Shown one piece after another: positions 47,481-61,656 of a stretch of 64,000 nucleotides of DNA (position 1 is the stretch's first letter; each line of letters starts with the position of its first letter). The stretch is taken from the NCBI GenBank assembly GCA_038087875.1, contig CM075988.1:17796001-17860000 (forward strand). The letters are read 5' to 3'. The notes under the pieces were generated by a model that had not been told where the DNA came from, made no database searches, and saw only the letters and a list, made by a program, of their open reading frames with translations. This DNA is from Malacoraja senta. Taxonomy: Eukaryota. Made by a program: the position numbers and the translations under genes.

Positions 47481-50400
47481 CTTTTCTCGGTCATGGACAC
47501 ATGCAACACAGAAACAGACCCTTCAGCCCATCTACCCACCTATAGTCTATACCCTCCTATGCCTTGTCTACTGAAGTACCTGTCTAAATGTACTTTAGAA
47601 GTGGCGACTATCTGATTTCACCACCTCCTCCGGCATCGAGATCCAGATATCAACTGCTGTGCAAAAAAAATCCTTAAATCTCCTTTAAAACTCTTTCCTC
47701 TCCACCTAAACCTATGTCCTCTCATTTTTGATGCCTCTACCATTGGAAGAAGATTATGACTAACTGTCCTATTTATGCCGCTCATAATTGTCTGAATCTC
47801 TACAGGTCAGATGGGCACGTTCAGCCTCCTTTGCTGCAAGGAACGTAAGTCCAACCTATCCAACCTCTCCCCATAACTACAGTCCTCCAATCCGGGCAAC
47901 ATCCTGGTCAATCTCTGCTGTGTTCCCCAGCACAATCACATCCTTGTTATGGTGTAGTGCCCAAAAACCGCACACAATACTCAAAGGCGGCCTAACTAGA
48001 ATTGGGTAAAGTTGCATCAAAATATCAAAACAACAAACTGGATTGCTCTGATAAACTTCCCATTCCTTTTACTGGCTGCTGTGTCTTTTCCTCAGCCAAT
48101 CGCAAGTGATAGGAGCAGAATTAGGTCATTCGGCCCATCAAGTCTATTCCGCCATTCATACATGGCTGATCTATCTCTCCCTTCTAGCCCCATTCTCCTG
48201 CCTCCCCCCAATAACCCCTGACACCAGTACTAATCAAGAATATGTCTATCACTGTCATAAAAATGCCCATTGACTTGGCCTCCACAGCCTTCTGCGGCAA
48301 AGAATTCCACAGGTTCACCACCCAAATGCCAATCAGACGTCTGCTTTTTAAATGTCCCGCCTTCTCTTGATAAAAACCTTTGCAATCAAAAACCGTCTCT
48401 CTCTCTCTCTTTCAACTCTCCCGCGATGTTTCAAAAAATCTTTTCTCACCTCTCAAAACGACTGCTTACCAACTCTCTCCTCAACATTTGAACATCTCCG
48501 ACAGTAAAACTCACTCAAGAATAAGCAAGAAACAAGAATGGTTACAGTAGGCATGGGTGTTATGCCCAGCTCCCACTGTCTTTGCAACAAAGTTCAGGGT
48601 TTGCAACACCTTGCCCTCAGCATCACTTTCTTCCTATTTAGCCACAGGGTAACATAGCACGGAAACAGGCCCTTCGGCCCAGCTCGTCCATGTTGACCAA
48701 GATGCCCATCTGATCTAATCCCGTTTGGCCCATATCTCTCTACAGCTTTCCTAACCATGCACCTGTCCAAATGCCTGTTAAACACTGTAAATATCAGACC
48801 ATGGACCGTGAGAGCCAACTGAAAAATTAGCATCAGATAGAAAATCTGGGTTTAGTCCGAAGGGTTCCGACCTAAAACGTCACCTATTCCTTTTCTCCAG
48901 AGATGCTGCCTGACCCGCTGAGTTACTCCAGCACTTTGTGCCTACGTTGTAACCCAGCATCTGCAGTTCGTTCCTACATAATCAGCGGCAGAGCCAAGTG
49001 CGGGGATTGTCAGCGTGTCCCACAGGCCACGCAGGGCCGACTAATCAAATCAGGACGGCATATTGATTCAAGAGTCTGCTGCCCTGGAGTGGAAAATTAT
49101 TCAACACCTCATGAATCTTCAATGATGCTCAAGTGAAACTAGTTCCCAAGCTTGAAGGAGCGCACAGCTGAGCTGGAAAGGTTAGTCCATGATGAACACA
49201 TCCTGGGAGATGATGTTGCCTCTCACCATCTGTTGTTTGCTTTAGCGAGAAATGTCTTCAACTTCAGATGACCTGCCTGCAGTCACTGGCAGCTGAAGGG
49301 CTCGAGTTTAACCATGCACTTTTTCCGCTTTAATCTTAAATTCCAGACACCTGCTGTTTCAAGAATATTTCTAAACGGGGTTCTTCAATGACAGTTGAGA
49401 GAATTCTTCTTTAACTGCCTTGTCCATCTGCATAGTTTCATGGCTCCATTAGAATGTAGCAAAGTGCAATTCCTTGCAATTTGCAGAGGTTTAGGGTGAG
49501 GGGAGAAAGATTTAATAGGAATCTGAGGGGTAACTTTTTCACACAAAGGGTGGTAGGTGTGTGGGACGAGCTGCCAGAGCAGGCAGTTGAGGCTGGGACT
49601 ATTGCAATATTTAAGAAACATTTAGACAGGTACATGGATAGGACAGGTTTAGAGGGATATGGGCCAAATGCAGGCAGATAGGACGAGTATAGATGGGACA
49701 TGTTAGCTGACGTGGGCAAGTTGGGTCGAAGGCTGTTTCCATGCTGTAAGACTCTATGACAGGCTAGCAAAACTGCAATGAATATGATTCACCCACATTG
49801 CTTTGATATTTTAACTCATTTATTATTCCCTTTTGATTTCCTTGGGTGGCTACCTGATTCCTGAGACTGGAATCAGGAATAGAGAAGATTTATGAGGATA
49901 TTGCCAGGGCTTGAGGGCCTGAGAAGTTGGGCAGGCTAGGTCTTTATGTCTTTATTCCTTGAAGCACAGGAGGCTGAGGGGTGATCTTATACAGGGGTAC
50001 ATGATTATGAGGGGAATAGATAGGGTGAATGCACAGTCTTTGTCCCAGGGTTGGGCAATGAAGAACGAGAGAGCGTAGGTTAAAGGTGAGAGGAAAAGAT
50101 CTATTAAGGAGCGGAGGGGCAACTTTTTCAAACAGAGCATGGTGGGTTGGATGGGTCGCCAGCTGCATGGAGGACAGATGTGTGGTGCGTCCGTCACCGT
50201 GCCCGTCGGAAACCAGCACCACTGTGTCGCTAATGTTTACTAATAAATAAATAAATTAATAATAAATAATAATGGTGGGTTCATACAATGAAGTGGTAAT
50301 TGAGGCACGTTCAATAATTGCACTTGAAAGACAGAGTTTTAATCCTTTCCCACCCTTTCAAGTTACAATTTTATTGTTGTTCACGTTATTGCCTTTGCCG

Positions 50401-51004
50401 CGCTACGGGGGGCGATTTCACAGCACTCGGCACGCCTGAGATCGGCGGAGAGGCAGAGGCATGTTGAACATGGTGGGTAAAGGATTTACACTCTCAGTTT
50501 GTAACAGGAAGACATCGACTTCTGCAGATAAGCAGCGTGGCATTTACATATTGAGAGAGGCAGGGATGACGTCTGCTGACTGCAAGGGAATCAGTGCGAG
50601 CGGTGACATCAGCCTCGGGTGATTAATGTCTTAGGGACTTGGATAATTGACGTAGAGAGAGGAATTATAGCTACTGTGTGGAGCGGATGATGAAGCCTCT
50701 TCTACAAGGCAGGGAGCACCTGCGTCAGCACTTCCACCTTGATGCAACAGCTCGGAGTAAACCACAATCTTACATAAATAGAATCCCTCCTTCAAGGCAT
50801 TGGGTGAAAGATAACTCAGGAGATCTTATCTCTGGCCACTATCTTTGAAGGACAACAATTATGGTGTTTAATGGAGGTGTTTTTAGTGAGAAATGTACAG
50901 TGCTGATATTCCAAAACTCTTTTCCAGGATGATAGTGGGAAAGTCATTTTGTGCTCACTAACTGGTGCTGGAGTGTGGAGTTGAGGAGAGACCCTTCTTA
51001 AACC

Positions 51005-51628
51005 TATGAAAAAGGCTTCTATTTGGGCAATACGCTCGAAAGCAGTATCTAGCCCTGTACCAGGAGCTGTTTGAGCTGTTTCCAGCAGCTTGGCTTTCAG
51101 AACACTCCTCACTGAGTGAACGTTGCTCCAACAGCCTGTGTAAAAGGCTTTCTATTTGGGCAATACGCTCTAAAGCAGTATCTAGCCCTGGAGCTTCTTC
51201 ATTGCCTGGGACTCCCTCCGTTGGGATTTAAACTTTGTCTTTTGCCCGACAGGCACTGACTGTGTTTTCACCAGCCCCAGGTCCACAGTCGCTATGCTCA
51301 CCGCTGGCGACTGTACCGGGGTTTAGAGGCGGTTGGTCTCTAACCGCGGACTCCCGACTTTCCCGACTTCTGTCGGCTATGTCGCTCGCCTCTTCCCCCT
51401 GTCCGTTTTTTCCCATGGCGTCTGTGGAAAAAATCGCCATAGACCCACAGTAAACGGACCTGGAAACCCTGTAAAAAAGTTTTTACTTACCTTGTAGTTG
51501 AAAAACTACAAACCACTCGAGGAGCACTGCTCCTCACGTCCGTTTGCGTCAAGGCGTCTGACGTAATGACGCGCAGGCGCACTGACGGGCTTCTTCACGT
51601 AGTCACTCACGTGACTCCGAAGTAAAAT
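51005..51628 (-). mobile_element. Probable DIRS-type retrotransposon end with a degenerate 5' (gag-like) ORF
   Basis: CpG-rich block ending ...cttcacgtagtcactcacgtgactccgaagtaaaat. Minus ORF MAIFSTDAMGKNGQGEE... then a coiled-coil-like LERIAQIESLLHRLLEQ. The DIRS assignment rests on remembered resemblance of the terminus, not a search. Confidence 0.45.
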
Positions 51629-52359
51629 GCAGAATACAGTGCTATTCCCAATAGAAGATGTGGGGGGAAAGTATATTATATGGAGGGTGGGTGGGTGCCT
51701 GGAACATGCTGCCAGGGCTAGTGATGGATACAGATACAAAAGTGGTATTGAAGCTTTTAGATAGGCAGATGGATATGCAGGGAATGGTGTAATATCTGAA
51801 GTTTGGAGCAATATATATACATTTTCTGTTCCTATAATTTTGTCCCACACACCCTACCATCAGTATCCCTGTTATACACAAACTACAGGAGTAACTCAGC
51901 GAGACAGGTAGCATCTCTGGAGAGAAGGAATGGATGACGTTTCTGGTCGAGGCCCTTCAGAACGTCATCCATTCCTGCTCTCAAGAGATGCTGTCTGTCT
52001 TGCTGAGTTACTCCAGCATTTTGTTTCTGTCATCGATTTAAACTTGCTTCTGCAGTGCCTTCCTGCACAATATTCCTCAGTTATCTGCGACTGAAGCCCT
52101 TAACTAGTGCTTTATATTGGAGCATATCCATGTCCTCTAGTGATGCTGTCTGACCCGCTGAGTTATTCCAGCACTTTGTGTTCTGCACAAGACTCCAGCA
52201 AATGCAGTTCGTGTCTCCTCTTTATAAACTTGAGATTGACGCGTCATCTCTTACTGATCCCTTTCATCTCGACCTGTAACTTCAGGCGCAGAAGTGCAAA
52301 CAAGGTCCCCTCTAGATTGTAGCCGTCGAGGAGAGATGCTGCATGTGGGACTCTCTCAC

Positions 52360-52710
52360 GAGGGATAGATCGGGTAGATGCACAGAGTCTCTTGCCCAGA
52401 GTGGGGGAACCGAGGACCGGAGGACATCAGTTTAAGGTGAAGGGGAAACGATTTAATAGGAATCTGAGGGGTAACTTTTTCCACACAAAGGGTGATGGGT
52501 GTATGGAACGAGCTGCCAGAGGAGGTAGTTGAGGCAGGTACTATGGCAACATTTAGGAGAAATTTGGACAGGTACATGGATGGATAGGACAAGTTTGGAG
52601 GGATATGTGCCAAACGCAGGCAGGTGGGACTAGTGTAGCTGGGACATGTTGGCCAGTATGGGCAAGTTGGGCCGAAGGGCCTGTTTCCACACTGCATCAC
52701 TCTATGACTC
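52360..52710 (+). mobile_element. CR1/HER1-like LINE 3' end; similar copies at about 24110, 41715, 49485, 49880 and 53310
   Basis: FKVKGKRFNRNLRGNFF...VWNELPEEVVEAGT motif plus 3' UTR. Confidence 0.88.
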
Positions 52711-52854
52711 CACGACACCAGACAACTCCCACTGGCACATGTCCCAAGATGTGCTCACCTGACGTCAGGCACCAGATTGCTGGGCTGTGCGTTCCTGTAT
52801 GTCCGCCTGGAGCTGCTAATCATTCCCAGCAATTACTCACAGAGTGCTAGGAAA

Positions 52855-53250
52855 CAACGAACTGCAGATACTGGTTTGCCAAGGAAAGAAACAAAGTGCT
52901 GGAGTAACTCAGCAGGTCAGGCAGCATCTCTGGAGAACACGGAGAGGTGGTGTTTTGGGTCGGGACCCTTCTTCAGACAAGTTTCAGGTGATGGTTTTTC
53001 AGTCTGAAGAAGGGCCCTGACCGGAAACGTCACTTATCCATGTTCTCCAAGGATACTGCCTGACCCGCTGAGTTACTCCAGCACTTTGTGTAGAAAGGAA
53101 CTGCAGATGCCAGTTCATACCAAAGATAGACACAAAGTGCTGGAGTAACTCAGGGGTCAGGCAGCATCTCCGGAGAAAAAAGAATGGGTGACGTTTCGGG
53201 CCAGAGATGCTGCCTGACCCGCTGAGTTACTCCAGCACTTTGAGTCTACT
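52855..53250. repeat. Four alternating-orientation copies of the Penelope-type repeat
   Basis: Minus about 52855-52978, plus about 53001-53090, minus about 53091-53200, plus about 53203-53248. Confidence 0.85.
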
Positions 53251-54498
53251 CCCGCACTTTGTATTCTTTTTCTTCACAAAGAGATTTTATTCAATTACTC
53301 ACAGTTACAGGATGTAGGTTTAAGGTGAGAGGGGAAATAAATAAAGGATTTAATAGGAACCTGCGGAGCAACTTTTTCACACAGTGGGTGGAACGAGCTG
53401 CCAGAGCAGGTAGTTGAGGCAGGTACTATCACAACATTTAAAAGTACATGGATAGGAAAGGTTTTAGGGGGATCTGGGCCAAATATAGGCAACTGGGACG
53501 AGCATAGATGGGGCATCTTGGTCGGCATGGACAGGTTAGGCCGAAGGTTCTGTTTCTGTGCTGTATGGCTCTATGCAAACTTCTTAATGGTGCCACAACT
53601 TTGCACTTTGCTGAGATGTGATGAAGTGGCAGAGCCATCTGCATGGCGTAATTAGTACCGGGATCCGTCTGTTTTCTAATTCAATTATCGGGCTCATTTA
53701 TCAGCGCAATGATTGTTCCACATGCGAGAATTCACTTGCACTTGCTGACGTCAATGCGAGAGTCTCTATCCGTTCCCTGTAGCCACCGCTTCAGTAGCAG
53801 TGCAATCAGCGGCAGGGATGAGATACGAACTGAAGTTTAAAAAAAACACACACACACACACGACACATTTGCAAAGCCAAGGTTTGTTTGGTTTGCCAGC
53901 TTAGTATAACCTCACACAGTGGCTGTGATGTGCTCTATATCCACTCAATTAACCCTTTTACTTTCGAGCTCCGCCGCTACCTAGCAACCGTCAGTGGCAC
54001 CAGCTCGGGATATCAGCCATCATGATCAAAACTGCACAAACCCATTCAAGGTCCGGCTACAGGGAAGACATGCATTTATACAATATACGATGGCTGGATT
54101 ATAATTATGTATTGTCTTGCCGCTGACTGGTTAGCACGCAACAAACGCTTTTCACTGTACCTCGGTGCACGTGACAATAAACTAAACTCCAGCTGTATTG
54201 GGAAAAACACTTAAGTGCTGGAGGAACTCAGCAGGTCAGGCAGCATCTGTGGAGGGAATGGACAGAGGACGTTTCAGATCAGGACCCATCTTCAGACTGA
54301 GGTATTGGTATTGGCAGTGGCCTTTCTTTGTACACAAAAGGTGGCGGTTGACACAAAACATAAACATACGTGTTGCATGGCCAGAAAACAAAATAGTGAC
54401 ATTTAACTCTCAAGGTCCCAGTAGGCTGTCACAAAAAAACAGCACTGTGTGTCGGTATTTATTTATTATTGTCACGTGTACTGATACACTTGGTTATG

Positions 54499-54816
54499 TC
54501 GGCACGGTGGCACAGCAGTAGAGTTGCTGCCTTACAGCGAATGCAGCGCCGGAGACCCGGGTTCGATCCCGATAACGGATGCTGTCCGTACGGAGTTTGT
54601 ACGTTCTCCCCGTGACCGGGGTTGGGTTTCTCCGAGATCTTTGGTTTCCTCCCACATTCCAAAAACATACAGGTTTGTAGGTTAATTGGCTTGGTAAATG
54701 TAAAAATTATCCCTTGTGGGCATAAGATAGTGTTCATGTGCAGGGATCGCTGGTCGGCGCGGTCCCGGTGGGCCGAAGGGCCTGTTTCCGTGCTGTATCT
54801 CTAAACTAAACTAAAA
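54499..54816 (+). mobile_element. HE1-like V-SINE, full length
   Basis: A and B boxes, V-domain, tail and (CTAAA)n. Confidence 0.9.
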
Positions 54817-57800
54817 TCAGGACACCCTAGCTTCTGAGAAGAATATTCGGTTGTCTGATAACAGAGGGGAAAGAACTGATCCTGAATCTGGTGGTAGGTG
54901 TTTTTAACATTTTGAATCATATATCCATATAACCATATAACAATTACAGCACGGAAACAGGCCATCTCGGCCATTCTAGTCCGTGCCGAACAATTACTCT
55001 CACCTAGTCCCATCTACCTGCACTCAGACCATAATCCTCCATTCCTTTCCCGTCCATATACCTATCCAATTTATTTTAAAATGATAAAATCGAACCTGCC
55101 TCCACCACTTCCACTGGAAGCTCATTCCACACAGCATGGGATGGGAGAGGGGAGAAAAGGGAATTAGTTTCCCTCTGGAGGGGAAAGCAGTTTGTTCCCA
55201 GCTGTTAACAGGCAACTGAATGGTCCTCTCACCAACTAGAGTGCAGTCCTGACCTCCCATCTACCTCATTGGAGACCTTTGAACTTTCTTAATTCAGAAT
55301 TTATTTGACCAATGTTATATCTTAATATATCGTAACATAAGGTCATAAGGAATAGGAGTAGAATTAGGCCATTCGACCCATCAGGTCTACTCCCCCATTC
55401 AATCATGGCTTACCTCTTATTTAAGAATAAGGGGCAAGCCATTTAGAACGGAGTCGAGGAACTTTTTCACACAGCGAGTTGTGAGTCTGTGGAATTCTCT
55501 GCCTCAGTGGAGGCCGGTTCTCTGGATACTTTCAAGAGAGAGTGAGATAGGGCTCTTAAAGATAGCGGAGTCAGGGGATATGGGAAGAAGGCATGATCGG
55601 GGTACTGATTGGGGATGATCAGCCATGATCACATTGAATGGCGGTGCTGGCTCGAAGGGCCGAATGGTCTACTCCTGCACCTATTGTCTATTGTCTATCT
55701 CTCCCTCTGACATGAGTATTTTCCACTGACCCACAACCAATAATATGATCAGATGATCAAGAGAGAGTTAGATTTAGCTTTGAGGGCTAACGGAATCAAG
55801 GGATAAGGGGGAAAAGCAGGAACGGGATACTGATTCTGGATGTTTAAGAAAGAACGGCAGATGCTGGGAAAATCGAAGGTAGACAAAAAATGCTGGAGAA
55901 ACTCAGCGGGTGAGGCAGCATCTATGGAGCAAAGGAATTGGCGGCGTTTCGGGTTGAGACCCTTCTTCAGACTGATGTGGGGGGAGGGGGGGTGGAAAGA
56001 AAGGAAGTAGGCGGAGACAGTAGGAGAACTGGGAAGGGGGAGGGGAAGGAGGGAGCAACAGCCATGATCATATTGAATAGCAGTGCTGGCTCAAAGGGTC
56101 GAATAGCCTACTCCTGCACCTATTTTTTTATGTTTCTATGTTATTCCTAGATATCTAATGTCAACATGTGCCAGTTGTGCAGTGGCAGTGCAACTGTGCA
56201 GACAAATACTTCTCACAAAAACAAACTGAATGTGGGTTAATTAGAGTTTGTAATGCCACCAGCCTGGTTGTTAAAAGGAACGTCCAGGACCTCAGCATAT
56301 ATTTAACAAAAATTATGTTCCTCGTAATAAAGGGACTGCCAAGGGAGGTAAAATACCTCTTGTAAATGTTCACTCAAGTCAGCTTACATTTCCGAATTAA
56401 TATGATGAACATTACCCACTGGCAGGATGGAATAATAAAGTTACTCAGAAAGGGTTGAAAAGTTCAGCTTCCACAGTAGATTTCTTGAACAAAAAAAAGT
56501 CACAGATTCCCTTTAATGTTGGAACCGTCCCGGGTGTGCCCGGCTTCCTCCATCTATCGCAGCCACAAATGCAAAGAATAACCTGGCAGAGGATGGGGGA
56601 CATTCAGCCTTGTTCCCCACACCAACTCCTCAGCCACACATTCATCTGTCCTTTGCTACTGGTGTTACAGCAATTGTCGTGTAAGAAGGAACTGCAGATG
56701 CTGGTTTCAACCGAAGATAAGACACAAAAAGCTGGAGTAACTCAGAAAGAAGGGTCTCAACCCAAAACGTCACCCGTTCCTTCTCTCCAGAGACGCCGCC
56801 TGTCCCGCTGAGTTACTCCAGCTTTTTGTGTCTATTTACAGCAATTGTTATCAGGCAATTGAATTATCTTACCAACACCTACAGAGCTACTATCTACCAC
56901 ATTGGAGACCCTTGGACTATCTTTGAGTGGACTTTACTGGACTTTATCTTGCACTAAATGTTATTCACGTTATTCCCTTTATCATGTATTTGTACACTGC
57001 GGATGGCTCGAATGTAATCATGTATTGTCTTTCCACTGACTGGTTGGTACACAACAAAACCATTTCACCTCGGTACATGTCGCAATAAACTAAACTCAAA
57101 CTCAAATAAACTGAACCCAAACTCAACTCCTATTTCATGCTTCAGTAGCACGTGGCACTGCTAGTAATCCAGAGATTACCACCCATGAGTTGTTACATTT
57201 TAATCTTTTCCCCTAACTGCTTATAATCACTCCGTAGGACCTCATCCTTTTTCCTACTGATGTCATTTGTGCCAATGTGGATAATAACTTCTGCCTGCTC
57301 ACCCTCCACCTTGAGAATGTTCTGTAGTCGCTCCAAGACATCCTAGACCCTTACACCAGAGAGGCAACAGGAAGAGTCTCGACCTGAAACGTCACCCGTT
57401 CCCTCTCTCCAGAGATGCAGCCTGTCCCGCTGAGTTACTCCTGCTTTTTGTGTCTATCTTCAGTTTAAACCAGTATCTGCAATTCCTTCTAACGCAGACC
57501 ATCCTAGTGTCTCGTTTGTTGCCACGGCATCTCCTATCTGTCCCCCCTAACTATTGAAGGTAGACACAATATGCTGGAGCAACTCAGCGGGACAGGAAGC
57601 GTCTCTGGAGAGAAGGAATGGGTGACATTTCGGGTCGAGACCCTTCTTCAGACCTGTATACCTGTTTTGCAGTAGAATGGCCACAGGGGATTCCTGAGCT
57701 CTCGGCCTACTCACTTACCTGGTGGTCACCACTCTGTTCTTTGCCTGCACCTTAGATGTGACCTCTGACCTCAGTTACCTCCCCATAACTCCTACCTATG

Positions 57801-57990
57801 ACACCCTCAGTCGTGGATGAGTCTGAGGTCGTTCAGTTGTAGATCCAGCCCCCTAACGTGCTTTTTAAGTGCTGGAGTAACTCAGCAAGATAGGCAGCAT
57901 TTCTGGAGAGAAGGAATGGGTGACGCTCTGGGTCGAGACCTGCACCTGGGCGCGCCTCCTGCAGATGTAGTCCTCAAGGACTGCACCAGG

Positions 57991-58618
57991 CGGGGCACGG
58001 TGGCGCAGCGGTAGAGTCGCTGCCTTGCAACGCTTGCGGCGCCGGAGACCCGGGTTCGATCCCGACTACGGGTGCTGTCTGTATGGAGTTTGTATGTTCT
58101 TCCCGTGACCTGTGTGGGTTTTCTCCGAGATCTTCGGTTTCCTCCCACACTCCAAAGACGTACAGGTATGTAGGTCTTATAAATTGACACCTGGAATTTT
58201 TAATGCTCCCTCATGGTATTTGTTCCTGAATGTCTGTGTTGGTCGGAGTTTCAGGAAGTTACCACATTTACAATTATAAGACCCCTTATTTCTCCCCGGG
58301 GAACTTTTTTAGTTGTATCGTTAAGTTTATACAGCTCGGAAACAGGCCCTTCGGCCCACCAAGTTCACACCGACCAGCGATCCCCGTACACTAGCACTAT
58401 CCAACACACGAGGGACATTTTACAATTTTTACCTCAGTCAAATTAACCTACAAAACCTGTACGTCTTTGGAGTGTGGGAGGAAACCAGAGCTCCCGGGGA
58501 AAACCCTTGTGGTCACGGGGAGAACGTGCAAACTCCGTACAGATAGCACCTGTAGTCGGGATCGAACCCGGGTCTCTGGCGCTGTGTCAGCAAATCGACC
58601 GCTGTTCCACCGTGCCAC
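57991..58618. mobile_element. Two HE1-like SINEs in inverted orientation (57991-58175 plus, 58322-58618 minus)
   Basis: Both match the SINE consensus. Confidence 0.85.
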
Positions 58619-60794
58619 TATAAGTGTCCTGTTGGTGATCACACTGCCATGGGGTGGCATGTCCTGTCACAGTGCGCACAGGTCAAGTTCGATTGGAGAC
58701 GGGGAGACTGTAAATTTAATTTCAGCACAAACACGGTGTCCGTGCATTGTTGATGTTCTACTGGGTCCAGAGCTGCAGATGGGGGTTGCAGCACACAAAA
58801 CATCGGGATTACAATAGAGAAAATCCCTGGCAACACATTTCACAGTCTATCTGCTCTGAATGGCTTAGACAGATTTTGTCTAACTCATTGTTTAACCAGT
58901 GACATCATAAGACCTTGTCTATTGTTTCGCGCCAGACATCGTAAGTGAAGTACAAAACCTCATGTTACCAACTTACTTCCTTTCTCCCCGAGGTGCAGAT
59001 GGCTCCTCAAGGGAGGTCTTCAATCCACCACAGAACTCAGCTGACTTACACGGAACAGTCCAGCACAGGAACAGGCCCTCCGTCCCACAATGTCTGCACC
59101 AGACATCACGCTGTTACTCTCATCTCCGCCATCTGCATCCCTCCATTCCCTGCATATCCATCCCTGCCGCCACCACCTCTGCAAGGAGATCAGAGGCATG
59201 GGACAAAACTGAACGTGTCTTAAAGAGCCCACAGGGGCGTGGTGTGCTGAATGGCCTCCTGTGGTGTAAATGTCAGTCACATCGCATGGAAGGATTTCTT
59301 ACCTGAAAGGGCAGCACAGTAGCGCAGCAGAATAGTTGCTGTCTTACAGCGTCAGAGACCCGGGTTCGTTCCTGACTGCAGGGGCTGTCAGTAAGGAGTT
59401 TGTACGTTCTCCCTGTGACTGCATAGTTTTCTCTGGGTGCACCGCTTTGTCTTGCTCTCCTCAGAGGCAACCTTCTGCATTGAAGATGAGTCGGTACCAC
59501 AATGGTTTACAGAAAAAAAAACAAAGCGCTGGAGTAACTCAGCAGGTCAGGCAGCATTTCTAGAGAACATGGATAGGCGATATTTTGGGTCGTGACCCTT
59601 CTTCAGATTCTATGGTGGTTTTGTGGGATCTGAGGTGGAACTGAAGACTTCCTCTGAAACCCACAAGTACATTCACTGTGGAACACACACCAGACCCCTT
59701 AAATGTATAAGAAGGATGTATAAGCAGCTGCTGGTTTACACTGAAGACAGAGACAAAAAACTGGTGTAGCTCTGCGGGGAAAAAGAATAGGTGACATTTC
59801 GGGTCCAGGCCCTTCTTCATGAACAGAATTAGTTGGAATTTGGCCTGCGTGTTTGTTGGAGTGAAGGTTCATGTCTGCAAGAGAGTGTAACTTACCTCTC
59901 CATTACAACAAAGTTGATGCTGGAATGCAATTGAAAATGTCTGGTACAAAGTCACCTTGTCACATTCTCCTAGACTGTGTAATTATGTCGCCGAAAATCT
60001 CAATCTCAGCAACAGCGAGAGTTCTTCATTGTAAGAGTCGAGGCTCAGTGTCTCGGGAGGTTTGCGAAGCCTCGTTCTCAAGGAATGCTGCCCTTCTGTG
60101 GCACTCGAGGGAGATCGCGCAAAGGCAGATCGCAACCAATCCAATAATGCGTAACCAATCCCAGTGTTAAATGAGAAAAACCCTCCAAGCGGATGAGAAG
60201 ACAATCATTTCTCCCGTCACCGAATGTGCAAATTGTTACCGTCTTGCACCTTCTTCCAAAGGGCCATAGAAATTAAATGAAAATTTAAAATGGTGCCGAG
60301 GAAGGAACTGCAGGTGCTGGTTTAAACTGAAGATAGACACAAAAAGCTGGAGTAACTCAGCGGGACAGGCAGCATCTCTGGAGAAAAGGAACGGGTGACG
60401 TTTCGTGTCGAGACCCTTCTTCACCAGTCTGAAGTGTCTCGACTCGGAACGTCACCCATTCCTTCTCTCCAGAGATGCTGCCTGGCGCGTTGAGTCACTC
60501 CAGCTTAAAGTGGTGCCTTACCATTAGGTTTATTTTTATTAAGGTTATTTCTGTTAAAATGTTAAAATAAATCACAGTTCATGGAAATCTGAGATAAAAG
60601 CAAACTGAACGTGCAGCTGGACGAGAGAGAGAGATTAATTTGGTTTCACCATCTTGTGAAATTCCAAACTGCTGCGTATCTACTGAGGTTCCCTCTAGAC
60701 CTAACCCGCAGGCTTTACACAGCAAGACATGCTTTTGGTGGTGCTGGAGGGAGGGATTGTATACTCTCACCACAGTTCACTGCACAGTCTTTAA

Positions 60795-61035
60795 TTTACT
60801 TTCGAGACACAGCGCGGAAACAGGCCCTTCTGCCCACCGAGTCTGCGACGACCAGCGATCCCCGTTACACTAGAACGCACCATGCACGAGTAACAATTTA
60901 CAATTTTGAACTGAAGCCACTTAACCTACAAACCTGTACGTCATTGGAGTGTGGGTGGAAACCAGAGCACCCGGGGAAAACCCACGCCGTCACGGGGAGA
61001 ACGTACAAACTCTGTACAGACAGCACCCTTAGTCA
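60795..61035 (-). mobile_element. HE1-like V-SINE, 5' truncated
   Basis: Reverse complement of the V-domain and tail. Confidence 0.8.
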
Positions 61036-61656
61036 CTGGAAGTGTCTTGACTGGCAACACACCTTCAATTTCCCTCTTAAATGCTATCCTCAACAGTCTG
61101 TTTAACTGTGGAATGGGGCATTAATGCATAACCTTCCAGCTCAAACAGTTTGAGTAGAATCAACAGTTTGTTTATCTGGTCCTTTATCCTTTTCCAGTCT
61201 GAAGAATGGTCTCGACCCGAAACGTCACCCACTCCTTCTCTCCAGTGATGCTGCCTGTCCCGCTGAGTTACTCCAGCTTTATGTGTCTATCTCCTTTATC
61301 AGAGTGTTAACTCATGTTTAGGTAAAGTGTTTCCACCATTCACAGGGTAAAGACATTTTACATTCCCATTCACTCGGGTTCACCTGGACTGCTCCACCCG
61401 AGAACATAGGGCAGTGCACCACAGGAACAGGCCCTTCAGCCCACCATGTCTGTGCCAAACATGATGCCAAGACCATCATTTATCTACCTGCACATATCTC
61501 TGCATAGCCTATCCAAAAGTCTTTAAAATGCCACTGACGTATCTGCTTCAACCTTCACACCCGGCTGCACTTTCCAGGACTAAACACTCTCTGTGTAAAA
61601 AACGTACTCTGCACATCTCCTTTAAACTTTGCCCCCTCACCTAAAGCTCACATTAG

